From a virus: 64,000 nt of DNA. Position numbers and translations under genes: made by a program. Positions within the stretch are counted from its first letter, which is position 1. Each line of letters begins with the position of its first letter. Positions 1 through 8,250 of the stretch are shown here, piece by piece. Under the pieces are notes generated by a model. The model saw only the letters and a program-made list of their open reading frames with translations. It was not told the DNA's origin and searched no databases. The stretch lies in IMG/VR virus record IMGVR_UViG_3300001505_000001; one strand, given 5' to 3'.

Positions 1-215
1 CAATATAATAAATATTTAATAAAATTTTTATACAATAATTTATATATAACTTTTTATTTTTGATATATAACAAAATTATATAATCTATTAATTAAAAACT
101 TTTTAGCAGTGTTCTGTTTTTTGTTCGTATTAAATTATCAATGTTCTAATTTCTTTCTTTTAACTTGCCTATATCGTAACGCCGTTTTTTGATTTTGCGT
201 TAAAAATAACCTAGT

Positions 216-315
216 TTGTAACATTCTTGTAATATAAAACTATTCAAACATGCGATATTAAAGCCTTTTATAGTAGATTGTAATTATTATTATTTGTAAT
301 ATTCTTGTAATATAG
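216..315 (+). promoter_or_regulatory. Tandem 11-bp iteron-like boxes (TTGTAAYATTC) upstream of the first early gene; candidate operator
   Basis: Direct repeats TTGTAACATTC/TTGTAATATAA at 216-237 and TTGTAATTATT, TTGTAATATTC, TTGTAATATAG at 279-315. Same motif family recurs at 2603-2664. Confidence 0.45.
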
Positions 316-550
316 GCGTGTTTCTTCCATATAAAGACAAAAATATTATTTCAAACTTGTATTTTTCCTTTTAATAGTAGAAACTATTTTAAAAAATAAA
401 TTTTAAAATTTTTTACGCTTACTCTCTCAAGGGATTTAGTCATTTTTTAGTATGTAAATTTAAAATTAATACTTGCAATTAGTTTTATAAGGGCGTATAG
501 TAAGAATTGTCAAAAGGGCAACAAACAAAAAAGAAAAAGGATGATAAAAA

Positions 551-802
551 ATGAAAATTACAAAAGAATACAATGAAGCATCAAGCACAGTAAACAATAT
601 GGATGTTTTTGATGTATACGTGAATGACTGGGGACTGCTACAGTATGGGTTTAAATATAATGAATTTACTGGGCTACATGATTTATACATTATGAACACA
701 AAGAAAAAATTTACTGGTGTTTCACTTGAAAAAATGAACAATATTATTGAAAAAGAGTTAAATTATCAAATTAAACTCTTTAAACAAGCGAAACGAATTT
801 AA
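551..802 (+). CDS. hypothetical early protein (83 aa)
   Basis: ORF with conserved cassette aaaaaggatgataaaaaATG (SD plus start), identical to the cassettes at 1186 and 2721. First gene of the rightward small-ORF cluster. Confidence 0.6.
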   Translation: MKITKEYNEASSTVNNMDVFDVYVNDWGLLQYGFKYNEFTGLHDLYIMNTKKKFTGVSLEKMNNIIEKELNYQIKLFKQAKRI

Positions 803-827
803 AATTTAAAAAGTGTAAAATTTCCAC

Positions 828-855
828 TTGAAATCACTTTTTAAAGTAGTACAAT
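828..855 (+). promoter_or_regulatory. sigma-A-like promoter (TTGAAA-16-TACAAT) preceded by conserved GTGTAAAATTT box
   Basis: -35 at 828-833, -10 at 850-855. Same cassette architecture repeated at 3052 and 3655. Confidence 0.5.
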
Positions 856-884
856 AAATAATATAAGATAATCAAATAAACAAA

Positions 885-1103
885 TTGAAAGAGGTTTTTA
901 AAATGAAAACAAAAAAATATACAATTAAACATAATAACACAGATGTTAGTAAATTATGGAATTTAGCAAAAAACGGCGTTTTTAGTTATCAGACAGTACG
1001 CAAGATATTCGACAATGAAAATGATGGATTCATTACATTTAATAGCAAATATTCATATGATAAATTCAAACAACATGAATTTACTACAAGCGCATATTAT
1101 TAA
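885..1103 (+). CDS. hypothetical early protein (72 aa)
   Basis: ORF following the promoter cassette. SD gaaagagg 9 nt upstream of the ATG. Confidence 0.5.
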   Translation: MKEVFKMKTKKYTIKHNNTDVSKLWNLAKNGVFSYQTVRKIFDNENDGFITFNSKYSYDKFKQHEFTTSAYY

Positions 1104-1185
1104 AATAATTCTTGATTTTGAAAATCAAAGTGATATAATAGATATTAAGAAATACAAAAAAACGAAATAAAAAGGATGATAAAAA

Positions 1186-1482
1186 ATGAACAACAAAAAA
1201 TTTAATGAATTACAACAATTAATTGAAGAAGTAAACGAAATTACAAACGGGGCATATGATAACATTATTAAAGAAGAAAAAGAAACTTTTTGGAATAGTT
1301 TGGAAATTAGGGACGAAAAACCGGAACGTATAGCGAATATGATTCACTTTGGCAGTTATAATCCACTAGATGAATTTATTGGGTTTGATGGTTACGGAAA
1401 TATCGAAAGTATGGACAAACACACATACTATAATGAATTGAAAGACTATCAAACAGAATTATTAAAAGAAATTGAAGAATAA
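1186..1482 (+). CDS. hypothetical acidic early protein (98 aa)
   Basis: Conserved aaaaaggatgataaaaaATG cassette. D/E-rich composition. Confidence 0.6.
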   Translation: MNNKKFNELQQLIEEVNEITNGAYDNIIKEEKETFWNSLEIRDEKPERIANMIHFGSYNPLDEFIGFDGYGNIESMDKHTYYNELKDYQTELLKEIEE

Positions 1483-1498
1483 GAAAGGATGTTAAAAG

Positions 1499-2026
1499 AT
1501 GAACAAATCAAAAACATTAATTTATATTGATAGCTTATTGCTATCTTATGAAATTAAACAAGAAAGTATAGGCTCTGATATTGATATAGTTGACGTGATA
1601 GGAACTACAGAAGTTAATAACATTATATATTTAGCGTTAGAAGTAGAATATAACGACTATTGTTATTTAACTCATGTTGAGTTAGTCAACATGTGGGCTT
1701 ATCCGAATGATGATGACAAGCAAGAAATCAAAGAAGAATTATTAAACAATATATTTAAAGATATTGCTTTTCAATCAAGTAGTATCAATGTTGGCGATGT
1801 AGTAAGATATACAGACGATATTTATATTAAGAATATAAAAAATGATTATTTCTTTTTATCTGATAACGAAACGCCTAAAATAAATGTAAATTATACAATA
1901 AGCGATTTACATTATGACGGCATAGACGAACAAGAAAATTTAATTGTATTGTATCAGTTAGAAAAAGACGGCGAACCTTTAGGGGTTTTAACAAATGAAT
2001 TTGAAATTAAGGAAGTGAGTGAATAA
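1499..2026 (+). CDS. hypothetical acidic early protein (175 aa)
   Basis: SD aaaggatg. Tightly packed, with a 3-nt gap to the next gene. Strongly acidic. Confidence 0.6.
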   Translation: MNKSKTLIYIDSLLLSYEIKQESIGSDIDIVDVIGTTEVNNIIYLALEVEYNDYCYLTHVELVNMWAYPNDDDKQEIKEELLNNIFKDIAFQSSSINVGDVVRYTDDIYIKNIKNDYFFLSDNETPKINVNYTISDLHYDGIDEQENLIVLYQLEKDGEPLGVLTNEFEIKEVSE

Positions 2027-2028
2027 AA

Positions 2029-2382
2029 ATGAAAAATTTGATATTATCAAATATAACAAAATATGAAAATTTTGAAGAGTATTCAAAATATATGAATACA
2101 GATAAAGAAGAATTTAAAGAAAATGAAGCAAATGGTTTTGTTATAAATATCACGTGTGGAACATATAACGGCGCTACTGATGAATTTACGCCGTGTCGCA
2201 TTACTGATGACAATATTATTGATACTTTAGTGCAAGCATTAAGTGATTTAGATTATTATAATATTATTGCTAATATGGTAGATGAAGATACTACCAATTG
2301 GAAAATTGAGAAATTTATTTATGAATTAGTTAGCATTGAAAAAAATTTTTATAATAGAAGATACAAGAAATATTTATATTGA
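2029..2382 (+). CDS. hypothetical acidic early protein (117 aa)
   Basis: ORF closely spaced after the previous gene, same strand. Followed by a terminator. Confidence 0.6.
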   Translation: MKNLILSNITKYENFEEYSKYMNTDKEEFKENEANGFVINITCGTYNGATDEFTPCRITDDNIIDTLVQALSDLDYYNIIANMVDEDTTNWKIEKFIYELVSIEKNFYNRRYKKYLY

Positions 2383-2392
2383 TAGAAATTAA

Positions 2393-2420
2393 AACGGGCT
2401 TTCATAGTCCGTTTTTTTGT
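2393..2420 (+). terminator. rho-independent terminator (hairpin aaacggGCTTTCATAGTccgttt plus T7)
   Basis: Stem-loop followed by ttttttt immediately after the stop of ORF 2029-2382. Confidence 0.55.
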
Positions 2421-2434
2421 GTTTTTTAAGTCGA

Positions 2435-2448
2435 AAATGAAAGCGCTT
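2435..2448 (+). promoter_or_regulatory. perfect 14-bp palindrome TGAAAGCGCTTTCA (candidate dimeric-repressor operator)
   Basis: Exact palindrome adjacent to an extended -10 like element (tgatataat at 2459-2467). Confidence 0.35.
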
Positions 2449-2567
2449 TCAAACCGTTGATATAATGGCAATCTGTCCATATAGCGACTTTATTAAGTTT
2501 TTAGGGGTATTGTAGCCTAAAAGACTAAAGTCCATAAATGCCCCTTTAAAATGGATTTTAAGGCATG

Positions 2568-2596
2568 TTGACAAAATTATAAACTTGTGTTATATA
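2568..2596 (+). promoter_or_regulatory. sigma-A consensus-like promoter TTGACA-17-TATATA
   Basis: -35 at 2568-2573, -10 at 2591-2596. Immediately followed by four tandem 11-bp TTGTAA boxes. Confidence 0.5.
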
Positions 2597-2602
2597 GTCA
2601 GT

Positions 2603-2664
2603 TTGTAATTTTACACATTATTTTGTAACATTCTTGTAATATTCTTGTAGTTGATTTGTAACAG
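2603..2664 (+). promoter_or_regulatory. Tandem 11-bp iterons ttgtaacattc/ttgtaatattc/ttgtagttgat/ttgtaacag (plus one copy at 2603); candidate operator downstream of promoter
   Basis: Four head-to-tail 11-bp repeats with one-helical-turn periodicity. Same family as 216-315. Confidence 0.45.
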
Positions 2665-2720
2665 TCAAAGTGTTAAAGTATAGACAGTTAGAAAAAACAA
2701 GAAAAAAAGGATGATAAAAA

Positions 2721-3023
2721 ATGAAACTCAATAAAATGTTAAACAAAGCAAGAAACAACAAAACAAAAACAACACAAACAACATTAAAAAATAATGGCTT
2801 GAATATTAAAATTGAATACAGACCGAACGCCGAAGGGTTTAACAGTCAATATAAAAACAATACTTTTTATACCTATATTGATAATGAACTTGTTGGCGAC
2901 TTATACCAACAAGAAAACAATGTTTTAATGTGGTGTGATAATCACAATAAGTTAGTTTCTAATTTAACAGAAGCTAAACACATTGAGCATGTTTATAGTT
3001 TAGGATATATCGAAGAAGTGTAA
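2721..3023 (+). CDS. hypothetical early protein (100 aa)
   Basis: Conserved aaaaaggatgataaaaaATG cassette. Confidence 0.6.
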   Translation: MKLNKMLNKARNNKTKTTQTTLKNNGLNIKIEYRPNAEGFNSQYKNNTFYTYIDNELVGDLYQQENNVLMWCDNHNKLVSNLTEAKHIEHVYSLGYIEEV

Positions 3024-3051
3024 AATTTTACTTTTTATTTTTAAAAAGATG

Positions 3052-3079
3052 TTGAAATAAGTGCAAAATTTGATACAAT
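3052..3079 (+). promoter_or_regulatory. promoter TTGAAA-16-TACAAT with GTGTAAAATTT upstream box and A-tract
   Basis: Cassette gtgtaaaatttt...tttaaaaag-atgTTGAAAtaa...TACAAT. Repeated architecture (828, 3655). Confidence 0.5.
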
Positions 3080-3217
3080 AAAGACAGTTAAGAAAATAAT
3101 AAAGGTGGTAACAAAAATGATTACATTATATATACTTGCTCATTGGCGTATGAGCAAAGAAAAGAAAAAACAAAGTGAGTTATATTTTGCTTATACTAGA
3201 TAAGGTGGTTATAAAAA

Positions 3218-3460
3218 ATGAAATTAATAAACAGTAATAAAGAAATTGAAGCGATTAATAATAAAGAAAATGATTTTATTGTAAATGTTCGTTATAAACT
3301 CACAGATTATATTACAGATTGTATGCGTAACAATGAAGATGACCATATAGAAATTTTAAAGTGGTTGTCAACATTAGAAAAATGTTTAATATGTGAAACG
3401 GTTAAAGATTTAATTAACCTAATTAATATCTATGATTTACCTTTTAATATTATAAAGTAA
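3218..3460 (+). CDS. hypothetical early protein (80 aa)
   Basis: SD aaggtgg plus ATG (ataaggtggttataaaaaATG). Confidence 0.55.
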   Translation: MKLINSNKEIEAINNKENDFIVNVRYKLTDYITDCMRNNEDDHIEILKWLSTLEKCLICETVKDLINLINIYDLPFNIIK

Positions 3461-3474
3461 GGTGGTTTTAAAAA

Positions 3475-3621
3475 ATGATTAAGTTTACACACAAAAACAA
3501 AAAATATAAAAGCACACAAACAACAGACGCATTAATAACGTTGTTTGGTGGTACTGGATTAATTACATTGCTTGATTGGTTGGTATCAATTCAAGATAAT
3601 ATAAATATTTTCTTAAGATAG
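3475..3621 (+). CDS. small hydrophobic protein (48 aa)
   Basis: Same SD cassette gtaaggtggttttaaaaaATG. Not in the ORF track (under 60 aa). Hydrophobic core LITLFGGTGLITLL. Confidence 0.35.
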   Translation: MIKFTHKNKKYKSTQTTDALITLFGGTGLITLLDWLVSIQDNINIFLR

Positions 3622-3654
3622 TGTAAAATTTCTCATTTTTCTTTTAAAAAAGTA

Positions 3655-3683
3655 TTGAAATAATTTCCAATAGGCTTTAGAAT
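3655..3683 (+). promoter_or_regulatory. promoter TTGAAA-17-TAGAAT with GTGTAAAATTT upstream box
   Basis: Third copy of the conserved early promoter cassette. Confidence 0.5.
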
Positions 3684-3718
3684 AATAAATGTAATAACAA
3701 TAATAAAAACAAGATAGG

Positions 3719-3985
3719 ATGATGAAAATGACTACAGAACTACAAGCAATTTACACGAATCAAAAAAGTTTTTACGGAAAAGCACAGGTTGAATATACGC
3801 CAGACAATCACAAAATTTTATATAGCTATAATACGAAAGTTTGCGAACTAAACGCCGACAATCAAATAATAGAAATTGGCTATTATTCACAAACAACTAG
3901 CCGACATATTAACGATTTTTTACAACAAAACGGATATAAGAAAATGAGTAAAAAAGAAATTGAAAAATTAGAAAGTGAGTGTTAA
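3719..3985 (+). CDS. hypothetical early protein (88 aa)
   Basis: ORF after the promoter cassette. SD aagatagg. Confidence 0.55.
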   Translation: MMKMTTELQAIYTNQKSFYGKAQVEYTPDNHKILYSYNTKVCELNADNQIIEIGYYSQTTSRHINDFLQQNGYKKMSKKEIEKLESEC

Positions 3986-3987
3986 AA

Positions 3988-4146
3988 ATGGAAAATGAAA
4001 CATTAGAACAAATTAAAAATGACTATATTTTTCTAATATCAGAATATCCAAACGATTGGGGATTAAACGAAACGGCAACCGATGAAGAAATTAAAGAAAT
4101 GGCGTTATCTTTAGCTATTGAAGAAAAAGAAAACAAAATAATATAA
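3988..4146 (+). CDS. small acidic protein (52 aa)
   Basis: ATG 2 nt after the previous stop, coupled gene. Under 60 aa, so absent from the track. Confidence 0.35.
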   Translation: MENETLEQIKNDYIFLISEYPNDWGLNETATDEEIKEMALSLAIEEKENKII

Positions 4147-4161
4147 AGGGGGGTGTAAATA

Positions 4162-4431
4162 ATGAATAATGAATTAAAAAGACATGTTAACAATGAATAT
4201 AAAAAAATGATAAGTGATTGCTATAAACGTATAAAAAACGTTGGTGGCGTCATTACAAATGATTTTAAACAATGGGGCAACATAGATGAATGCGATGACA
4301 TATATTACATTATAAATCACTATGCGTATAAGCTATATAAAAAAGGTGTTAAAGAAATAAGCATAACACCGAAATTTATTAAGTTGATTCTTAACAATGA
4401 TAAAGCGAAATATATTAAAAAAGGATGTTAA
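4162..4431 (+). CDS. hypothetical early protein (89 aa)
   Basis: SD aaaggggggtg upstream of the ATG. Confidence 0.55.
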   Translation: MNNELKRHVNNEYKKMISDCYKRIKNVGGVITNDFKQWGNIDECDDIYYIINHYAYKLYKKGVKEISITPKFIKLILNNDKAKYIKKGC

Positions 4432-4434
4432 AAT

Positions 4435-4734
4435 ATGGATAAAAATTTAGTAGATATTAATTTAGAATTAAGTAAAGGCTATGCAATCGACTTAAATATT
4501 TTAAGTTATAAAATAACTATTGTGAAACATGATAATGAAACGCTAGGCGTTTTCTATAAACATGTTAAGATTGGGGAATTAAATTCCAATAACAGTATTT
4601 TTTATCGCTTCACATTTTACGGCGAAGATTTTGGGACACGTGATTTTATCTATGATAAAGTAACAAGCATTAAGCAAGTGCTAGGGATTATGTTGTATCA
4701 TGATTTTGATATAATAGATTATGATAATTATTAA
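4435..4734 (+). CDS. hypothetical early protein (99 aa)
   Basis: Coupled to the previous gene. Last gene of the rightward cluster. Confidence 0.55.
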   Translation: MDKNLVDINLELSKGYAIDLNILSYKITIVKHDNETLGVFYKHVKIGELNSNNSIFYRFTFYGEDFGTRDFIYDKVTSIKQVLGIMLYHDFDIIDYDNY

Positions 4735-4756
4735 GAAGAAATAAATATATATTAAG

Positions 4757-4786
4757 TCTAGCTATTAAGTAGCTAGGCTTTTTTAT
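4757..4786 (+). terminator. rho-independent terminator (ctagctaTTAAGtagctag plus gcttttttatt)
   Basis: Palindromic 7-bp stem, 5-nt loop, T-run. Ends the rightward early cluster. Confidence 0.55.
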
Positions 4787-4789
4787 TAT

Positions 4790-6060
4790 GCCTTATTTTA
4801 AGCGCTATTATATAACGGGTCTTATATACCCTTTGACTTATAACGTTTCTGTGTGGCTTTCTGTGTGGATTGTATAACGGGGGGTGGTTATATATTACAT
4901 TGTTTACATGGTCGGTCTAATAATAAGGGTTTATATAATCGTTACTTATATTATAGGTTGCTATATATGAACGGCAATATATAAAGGGCAGTATATTAAA
5001 GGCGTATATATAACAGTGCTATATAATGAATATATAGGGCGTATATAAAGCGTTGTTATATAATAGGTGGTATATATCAAGGGTATATATAAAGGCGTGT
5101 ATATAAGCCTATATGTAGCATGTGTGTATATGTATCTATATATGTGTATGCTATATGTGTGTACATATGTATACAGTATATACAGTTGTGTATATGTATA
5201 GTGTGTATATATGTATGTAGTGTTATGTATATGTATCATGTGTGTAGTTGTATGTGTGTATGATAGTACAGTGATAGTAGTATGATTATGTGTAGTTATA
5301 TATAGTAATGTATATATAGTTATATATATATGTATAGTTGTGTGTTATGTAGTTGTGTGTAGTGTTGTGGTGTATCAGTATGTAGTATGTATATAGTGGA
5401 TAATGTACACAGTAGTATATATCACAGTGTACATATGTATATGTGTACATGTATGTAAGTATTATAGTTATGTATATAGATATGTATATATATAGTTATC
5501 TTGATTGTGTCTTGTTGTTGTGTTGTGTGTTGTTGTGTATGTGATTGTATGTCATTGATATGTATTGATATATGTATGATTGTATATAGTTTGTTACATT
5601 GATATGTATTAGTTTATATATGATTAAGTGTATATTGTACATGATTATGTATTAGATATGTTTAATGTATTAGATTGTATTAGATTGTTTATAGTATTGA
5701 TTAGATTGTATTAGATAGATTGTTATTGATTGATTAGTATTGATTATGTATGAACACATGAACGATATCATATAACCTTATAACCTTATAACCTTTATAT
5801 ATCCTTATAACGCTTGTATGCGTATGTGTCGTGTATGTCTGTGTCTGTCTGTGCGTGTCTGTAGTGTGTTCGGTGTCATGTTCGTGTATTGTATTGTATG
5901 TGATACATGTTAGATATTATAATATGATATTTATTTATATAATATATTTGTACTACACAAGTTATATTATATAATTTTTTTATACAATACCAATGACATA
6001 TTATATCGTTTGTATACCTGGCATGTACAAACCTATAAAATATTTATAGAAATATTACAC
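4790..6060. repeat. Low-complexity non-coding tract: tandem ~15-bp TATATAA-GGCG repeats (4920-5100), C-depleted (GT)n/(TA)n-like alternating purine-pyrimidine sequence (5100-5760), ATAACCTT x3 (5766-5789), degenerate ATTAGATTGT repeats (5650-5750)
   Basis: Direct reading: the + strand has only about 2-3% C between about 5100 and 5760. About 13 degenerate copies of tatataaaggcg-like units. No plausible ORF on either strand. Confidence 0.8.
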
Positions 6061-6104
6061 CACCGGCAGTCTAATAAGAGGTCGGTATGGCTTCGGGTAG
6101 TCCT

Positions 6105-6145
6105 GGAAACGTTGGGGCTGTAGGGGTCCCCCTGTTTTTTATGTG
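6105..6145 (+). terminator. GC-rich hairpin (ggggctgtaggggtccccctg) plus T6, putative terminator
   Basis: Only GC-rich island in the region, followed by tttttt. Confidence 0.35.
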
Positions 6146-6161
6146 AAAATTTGATTCTTTT

Positions 6162-6284
6162 TTAAAAGACAAGCGCCCCCCCTTCGCTCATATAGAAACC
6201 CCACAAAAAGGCAAAAATTGTCCACTCTGAATGGACAAATGTTCGTGTTTTAGTTAAATTTGTTTGTTTTGAGTAGACAATCAT
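6162..6284 (-). CDS. small hydrophobic peptide (40 aa, MIVYSKQTNLTKTRTFVHSEWTIFAFLWGFYMSEGGALVF)
   Basis: Strong SD aaaggag 8 nt upstream of the ATG on the minus strand. Lies directly downstream of the leftward consensus promoter at 6315-6343. Not in the ORF track (under 60 aa). Confidence 0.4.
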   Translation of the reverse strand: MIVYSKQTNLTKTRTFVHSEWTIFAFLWGFYMSEGGALVF

Positions 6285-6314
6285 TGTTTTTTCTCCTTTC
6301 TTTATCTTAATTAC

Positions 6315-6354
6315 ATTATATAATAGAAACAAGGGGGTGTCAACCCCTTTTTTA
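6315..6354 (-). promoter_or_regulatory. Terminator-promoter module A: hairpin gggggTGTCAAccccc with T-run (bidirectional terminator). On the minus strand TTGACA (6343-6338) -17- TATAAT (6320-6315).
   Basis: Perfect sigma-A consensus on the minus strand with the -35 inside the hairpin loop. Terminates the leftward cluster 6362-10921 and + strand transcription. Confidence 0.55.
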
Positions 6355-6361
6355 CAATTAA

Positions 6362-6574
6362 TTAAATAAAATCTGTTTTAATTCCATTAAGCTCAAATCC
6401 GTATCTCTCTGCTGCCTCTTTAGCTTCTGGTAAATCATCAAATATCTTAGCTTTGTTTATATCCTTAGTAGTAATTACTATAGTTTCTGTCACTTCTGAA
6501 CCATATACCTTAACCTCTTCTTCGAAGAATCTTCCATTTTCCATAATCACATAATAAACCTTTCCTATATCCAA
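6362..6574 (-). CDS. hypothetical protein (70 aa)
   Basis: Last ORF of the leftward cluster. Tight spacing with upstream genes. Confidence 0.45.
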   Translation of the reverse strand: MDIGKVYYVIMENGRFFEEEVKVYGSEVTETIVITTKDINKAKIFDDLPEAKEAAERYGFELNGIKTDFI

Positions 6575-6585
6575 TTATATCACTC

Positions 6586-6912
6586 CTAATAAAAATCTAC
6601 AATAAGGAAGAAATAATAATTATCATTAAATACAACTTTTTTTCTATATTCTATTGCTTCTACTAGATAATCATTTCTACTAATATCTCTTAGCTCTCTA
6701 TAGAGCAATCTAACGCTTTCTCTGTCTAAATATAGCTCTCCACTATCTACACATACGCCATACTTAAATAATAATTCTTTTACAACGTCATACATGGAAT
6801 CAGTCTCTTTATATAACTCTTGAAATATCCATTGATAAGCGTAATTATCATTATATAATAGATATGCTATATCATCTTTCATTCCAGAATGACACCCATA
6901 AACACAAAACAT
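6586..6912 (-). CDS. hypothetical protein (108 aa)
   Basis: ORF in a co-oriented array. Confidence 0.5.
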   Translation of the reverse strand: MFCVYGCHSGMKDDIAYLLYNDNYAYQWIFQELYKETDSMYDVVKELLFKYGVCVDSGELYLDRESVRLLYRELRDISRNDYLVEAIEYRKKVVFNDNYYFFLIVDFY

Positions 6913-6923
6913 ATTAACACTCC

Positions 6924-7139
6924 TTATATATTAAACAAAAAAGCCATTCCTATTAAAGAAGACAATATTCCTAAAGTGGAAAATATAATAGCTTCTATCT
7001 TGTTATTAGAAACATATACCATTATTTCAGAAAATATAATAAATGCTAACATAATAAATACAATTAGCGTTTCCATATAAAATAACCTCCTAAAAAACTT
7101 CCTATACAGTATTATACCATATAAGAAGTCATTTGTCAA
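6924..7139 (-). CDS. small membrane protein (71 aa, 2 predicted TM)
   Basis: Hydrophobic segments. Co-oriented array. Confidence 0.4.
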   Translation of the reverse strand: MTNDFLYGIILYRKFFRRLFYMETLIVFIMLAFIIFSEIMVYVSNNKIEAIIFSTLGILSSLIGMAFLFNI

Positions 7140-7145
7140 TAAATA

Positions 7146-7661
7146 TTATTGTAATGTATCTTTAAAATTATCCATATTATCTTCAATAAATTCTATTTTT
7201 TCATATAGAGATTCAAAATCTAATTCCATTTGTTTCAGTAAGAACATATCAGTTACAAATACTTTTTTAAGTGACATTGAATGAACTAATTCTATGACGT
7301 TCTTAGAAAATATATTAACTCTTTTCTCGTATTTAACAACCTTTTTATTAAAATCTCTTATCTTACTTTCTTCTAAATAGTTTTCAATAGTACGATTAGG
7401 TAAATCACTTTCAAATTCTAAATCGAAAATCTGATTCATCATGTTACTATATTTATAGTTAATATTTTTGCTTAATGTTATAAGTTCAGTGAATTTATTA
7501 CTAAATAATTTCATTTTATTATTATATTCTTCTTCGTCTATAATCTCCAATCCTTTAAAATTAACTAAATGAACCATAATCTCTTTAACAACATCTGTAT
7601 AAAGTGCCATTTTTTCATTATAGAAATCAAATTTGAGAACATTTTCTAGTTCTAGTTTCAT
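7146..7661 (-). CDS. hypothetical protein (171 aa)
   Basis: ORF in the array. Confidence 0.55.
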   Translation of the reverse strand: MKLELENVLKFDFYNEKMALYTDVVKEIMVHLVNFKGLEIIDEEEYNNKMKLFSNKFTELITLSKNINYKYSNMMNQIFDLEFESDLPNRTIENYLEESKIRDFNKKVVKYEKRVNIFSKNVIELVHSMSLKKVFVTDMFLLKQMELDFESLYEKIEFIEDNMDNFKDTLQ

Positions 7662-7672
7662 ACAAGCACTCC

Positions 7673-7864
7673 TTATTTAAAACTATTTACATCAATAGGA
7701 ATAATCTGATGCATTGCTAAGAAATTTTGCTTTTCAACAAACGCTTTAGCTGATTTTTCTGTATCAAATACAAAGAATTTTTGCTGATTCGTATTAGTTA
7801 ATCCAATAACTTGGAACACTCTACCTTTTCTTTTCATTGCTTTTTTTGTTTCTTCTAAGTTCAT
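7673..7864 (-). CDS. hypothetical protein (63 aa)
   Basis: Short ORF in the array. Confidence 0.4.
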   Translation of the reverse strand: MNLEETKKAMKRKGRVFQVIGLTNTNQQKFFVFDTEKSAKAFVEKQNFLAMHQIIPIDVNSFK

Positions 7865-8016
7865 ATACTATTTTTCTCCTTTATTTTTATAAATTTTTAA
7901 TGCTTATTCTTTGTTTTCTGCATTTACTACATATAATTTTTCATTTTCTCTTGATTTTTCTATATTTTTATGAATATGTCCTATATTATCTGTAAATTCC
8001 CTAATTAAGTATTGGG

Positions 8017-8250
8017 TCATTTAATAGTCACGACCCCTTTAACAACAATAATAGAATCGTGAGAACCATAATCTATATGTGTTTCATTGTTAACTTCCCA
8101 AATTCTTAAATAAGGAGATAAAGGTAATTGTTTTAGTTCTGGTAATTGTTTAGCCATTTCTGACCAACTTGAATCTTTTACAACTTCTCCTAATTTAATA
8201 CCTCTTTTTTGATGATTTTTTCTAAGATAAACTTTAGAATATTCTGTCAT
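8017..8250 (-). CDS. hypothetical protein (77 aa)
   Basis: ORF in the array. Confidence 0.45.
   Translation of the reverse strand: MTEYSKVYLRKNHQKRGIKLGEVVKDSSWSEMAKQLPELKQLPLSPYLRIWEVNNETHIDYGSHDSIIVVKGVVTIK

Noticed and set aside
4920-5100. Possible CRISPR array (regular short repeats)
   Set aside because: Units are ~15 bp and degenerate, with no unique spacers, no leader and no cas genes. This is a simple tandem repeat, not CRISPR.
4961-5239. 92-aa minus-strand ORF (MIHIHNTTYIYTHYTY...) inside the low-complexity tract
   Set aside because: Its composition (Y/T/I/H repeats) merely reflects translation of the (TA)/(TG) repeats. No SD, no operon context. It is an artefact of repetitive DNA.
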